NCBI GenBank assembly: GCA_001593685.1
Contig: LUKI01000002.1
Location: forward strand, 16,077 to 80,076
DNA from: Gammaproteobacteria bacterium F7
Lineage (GTDB): Bacteria > Pseudomonadota > Gammaproteobacteria > Pseudomonadales > IMCC2047
Reading direction: 5' to 3'
Length of the DNA stretch: 64,000 nt
Shown here: one piece after another, positions 62,400 to 64,000 of the stretch
Layout: each line of letters begins with the position of its first letter
Numbering within the stretch: the first letter of the stretch is position 1
Translations under genes and position numbers: made by a program
The notes under the pieces: generated by a model
Databases searched by the model: none
The model's input: only the letters and a program-made list of their open reading frames with translations
What the model was told of the DNA's origin: nothing

Positions 62400-63302
62400 T
62401 TAATCGCTGTAATAATAGCCATAATAACCTGCGCCCAGGGTATGAGATTTATTAAGAATCAAGCCACTTATCTTTGCATTATCAAGCTTTTCTAAGGCGT
62501 CTTTTACCGACTGCTGAGCCGTCTTATCCTGCTCAACCACAAGTGCAATTTGACCAACCACATCAGAAAGCACCTTCGCCTCACTGGTAATTAATACCGG
62601 CGGAGAATCAAAAATAATAATACGATCACGGTAACGACTGGCCAGCTCTTTAGCCAGTTCGCGCATTGAGTTACTGGCTAACAGCTCGTGGGATAGGTGG
62701 TGAGTTTTACCCGCAGGCAAGACCGTCAAATTATTGATATTGGTGGTCAATAAAACTTCTGAAAGACTTTCTACTTCGCCATTAAGGTACTCCACCAAAC
62801 CTGGCTTATCTTCCACGTTAAGCGTACGCCCCAGGCCGGGTTTGACGACATCAGCATCAATCAGCAAGACTCGACAATCACGCTCGACAGCAATGCTGAG
62901 AGCCAGATTCAACGAACTGAATGTTTTCCCTTCGCCTGAATACGCACTGGTCACCATAATTAAATTATCAGGGCTATCAGAATCCATTCTTGCCATCGCT
63001 TTTTGCAAGAGGGGTCGCTTAATGTGTTTATATTCTTCCTTGATTTTACTTCTGGAATCATCAGGCAAGATTGCCCCCATACGATCCAAAGCATCAATAT
63101 CAATCTCTAATGAGTTGATCGTTTTGTCACCTTGTGCACGGGACTTATCAAATTGGCTGGCATCAACACCAACCACGCTTTCATGCGCGCGTTGATCAAT
63201 CTCGCTCGTTTGTTCTAGCGCCTCACCTTTTACAGAGTCATTCTCAAGCTCAGCTTGAGCTGCCTGACGATGTTTACTTAGCGCTTTTTCAATTGTATCC
63301 AT
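62400..63302 (-). CDS. epsG: Chain-length-determinant BY-kinase (EpsG-type protein tyrosine kinase)
   Basis: Walker A SAYSGEGKTF, Walker A' LLIDADV, Walker B IIIFDSPP and a C-terminal Tyr cluster GAGYYGYYYSD. Confidence 0.85.
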   Translation of the reverse strand: MDTIEKALSKHRQAAQAELENDSVKGEALEQTSEIDQRAHESVVGVDASQFDKSRAQGDKTINSLEIDIDALDRMGAILPDDSRSKIKEEYKHIKRPLLQKAMARMDSDSPDNLIMVTSAYSGEGKTFSSLNLALSIAVERDCRVLLIDADVVKPGLGRTLNVEDKPGLVEYLNGEVESLSEVLLTTNINNLTVLPAGKTHHLSHELLASNSMRELAKELASRYRDRIIIFDSPPVLITSEAKVLSDVVGQIALVVEQDKTAQQSVKDALEKLDNAKISGLILNKSHTLGAGYYGYYYSD

Positions 63303-63333
63303 ACCAAACTCTCAACTAAATACGGGCGCCAAA

Positions 63334-64000
63334 TCAGGCATTAAATAAAAGTTGGAACAATAATAATGCAGAATAGGCCATCAGTAGCATGAATGTGCAG
63401 CTAATGAAAAGATAAAGGTATCTACGATTAACCTTAATCTTCCCAGAGTCCTCCACTAAAGAAACCGTACCTAACACCGTCATGCCGGTACTTAACGCCA
63501 ACATTCGTACCGATGAATAGGTTGGCTTAAGCAGCACAAGCAGCAAGCTCACGGCAATACCAATAGCAACGCCGGCAATCAGTACCGCCGTCATAAAAAT
63601 AATCCGCGGAGGGCCTGCCGGCTCAAAGGGTACTCGCGCAGGGTCCACAACACGGAACTCGATATCATCCGATGCCTGACTGGCTTTTTGAGTAATTTGC
63701 GCCTGTTCGCGGCGCGTCAACAGCTCTTGATATTTTCGTTTTACCACATCGTAATCACGGTTCAAGTCGGCCATTTGAGCCTCTACCGCAGGAATGGTAT
63801 GTACTAACTGTTGTAATTTTTCGACTTTCTTTTCGTGTGCTTTAACTCGCGCTCGAAGTGCCGCCACCTGAGATTTGGCATTACCGTAACTTAACTTCAA
63901 AGACTGAAGAACCGGATTTTCCGCTTCAATCGAGCCACTCTCAGCGCGCGCTTCCAACTCTTCATCACGCCTTGTTTCCAAGTCCGCTAATTGTGCTTTA
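63334..64000 (-). CDS. Polysaccharide chain-length determinant (Wzz/PCP) protein, PEP-CTERM locus subfamily, 5'-truncated by window end
   Basis: The frame is open to the window edge. It shows a coiled-coil region (LRARVKAHEKKVEKLQQL), a proline-rich PARVPFEPAGPPR motif and a C-terminal TM helix, typical of PCP proteins. Confidence 0.75.
   Translation of the reverse strand, partial: KAQLADLETRRDEELEARAESGSIEAENPVLQSLKLSYGNAKSQVAALRARVKAHEKKVEKLQQLVHTIPAVEAQMADLNRDYDVVKRKYQELLTRREQAQITQKASQASDDIEFRVVDPARVPFEPAGPPRIIFMTAVLIAGVAIGIAVSLLLVLLKPTYSSVRMLALSTGMTVLGTVSLVEDSGKIKVNRRYLYLFISCTFMLLMAYSALLLFQLLFNA

Noticed and set aside
1-64000. Search for CRISPR arrays, rRNA/tRNA genes, IS elements, integrases, toxin-antitoxin pairs or classic defence systems
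   Set aside because: No regularly spaced direct repeats, no tRNA cloverleaf-like or rRNA-like segments, and no transposase- or integrase-like ORFs were seen. This was visual inspection only, so short or degenerate elements could have been missed.

Overview
This 64-kb window reads like a gammaproteobacterial chromosome segment. That is an inference from gene content (FabY-type KAS, acs, the divergent tesA/ybbA-ybbP trio, dgkA); no database search was possible. It falls into three zones.

(1) 1-11.8 kb holds housekeeping genes: yheU-like, an SLT-like lipoprotein, fabY, a GlxA/AraC regulator, an SMR pump, yigZ, acs, ybbP/ybbA and tesA. The AT-rich spacers around the first two genes carry an unexpected cluster of DnaA-box-like 9-mers.

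(2) 11.8-16.3 kb is a small accessory patch. It has a translationally coupled PqqD-like / HprK-like kinase / nucleotidyltransferase triad with no cyclase, protease or annotated precursor. Next to it lie a Tat-signal Cys-rich protein of unknown family, a trypsin-like protease and dgkA.

(3) From 16.3 kb to the window end is a >45-kb exopolysaccharide / exosortase A (XrtA, PEP-CTERM type) locus.
- It opens with a heparinase II/III-like protein and an AMP-ligase + PLP-decarboxylase pair.
- A visibly AT-richer variable block follows (about 21.7-39.9 kb). It carries glycosyltransferases, an acyltransferase, a methyltransferase, a flippase, two atypical alpha/beta-hydrolases, an ACP, a DegT-like aminotransferase and a Cys-less AsnB paralog coupled to a NodB deacetylase.
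- Next comes an insert of a lyase-like protein, a TonB-dependent receptor and a membrane-anchored PQQ-dehydrogenase-cytochrome c fusion.
- It ends with a tightly packed minus-strand array of 16 genes (45.6 to >64 kb). This encodes an O-antigen-ligase-like protein, a PaaK-like ligase, GTs, an AsnB amidotransferase, an XrtA-EpsI fusion, a FemAB-like protein, a deacetylase, wecB, a secretion ATPase, an outer-membrane protein, an EpsG-type tyrosine kinase and a truncated chain-length determinant.

By eye I found no rRNA, tRNA, CRISPR array, transposase or integrase, and no PEP-CTERM substrate gene. Family names such as 'exosortase A system-associated' and 'HprK-related kinase A' are recalled from TIGRFAMs/NCBIfam naming and need HMM confirmation.
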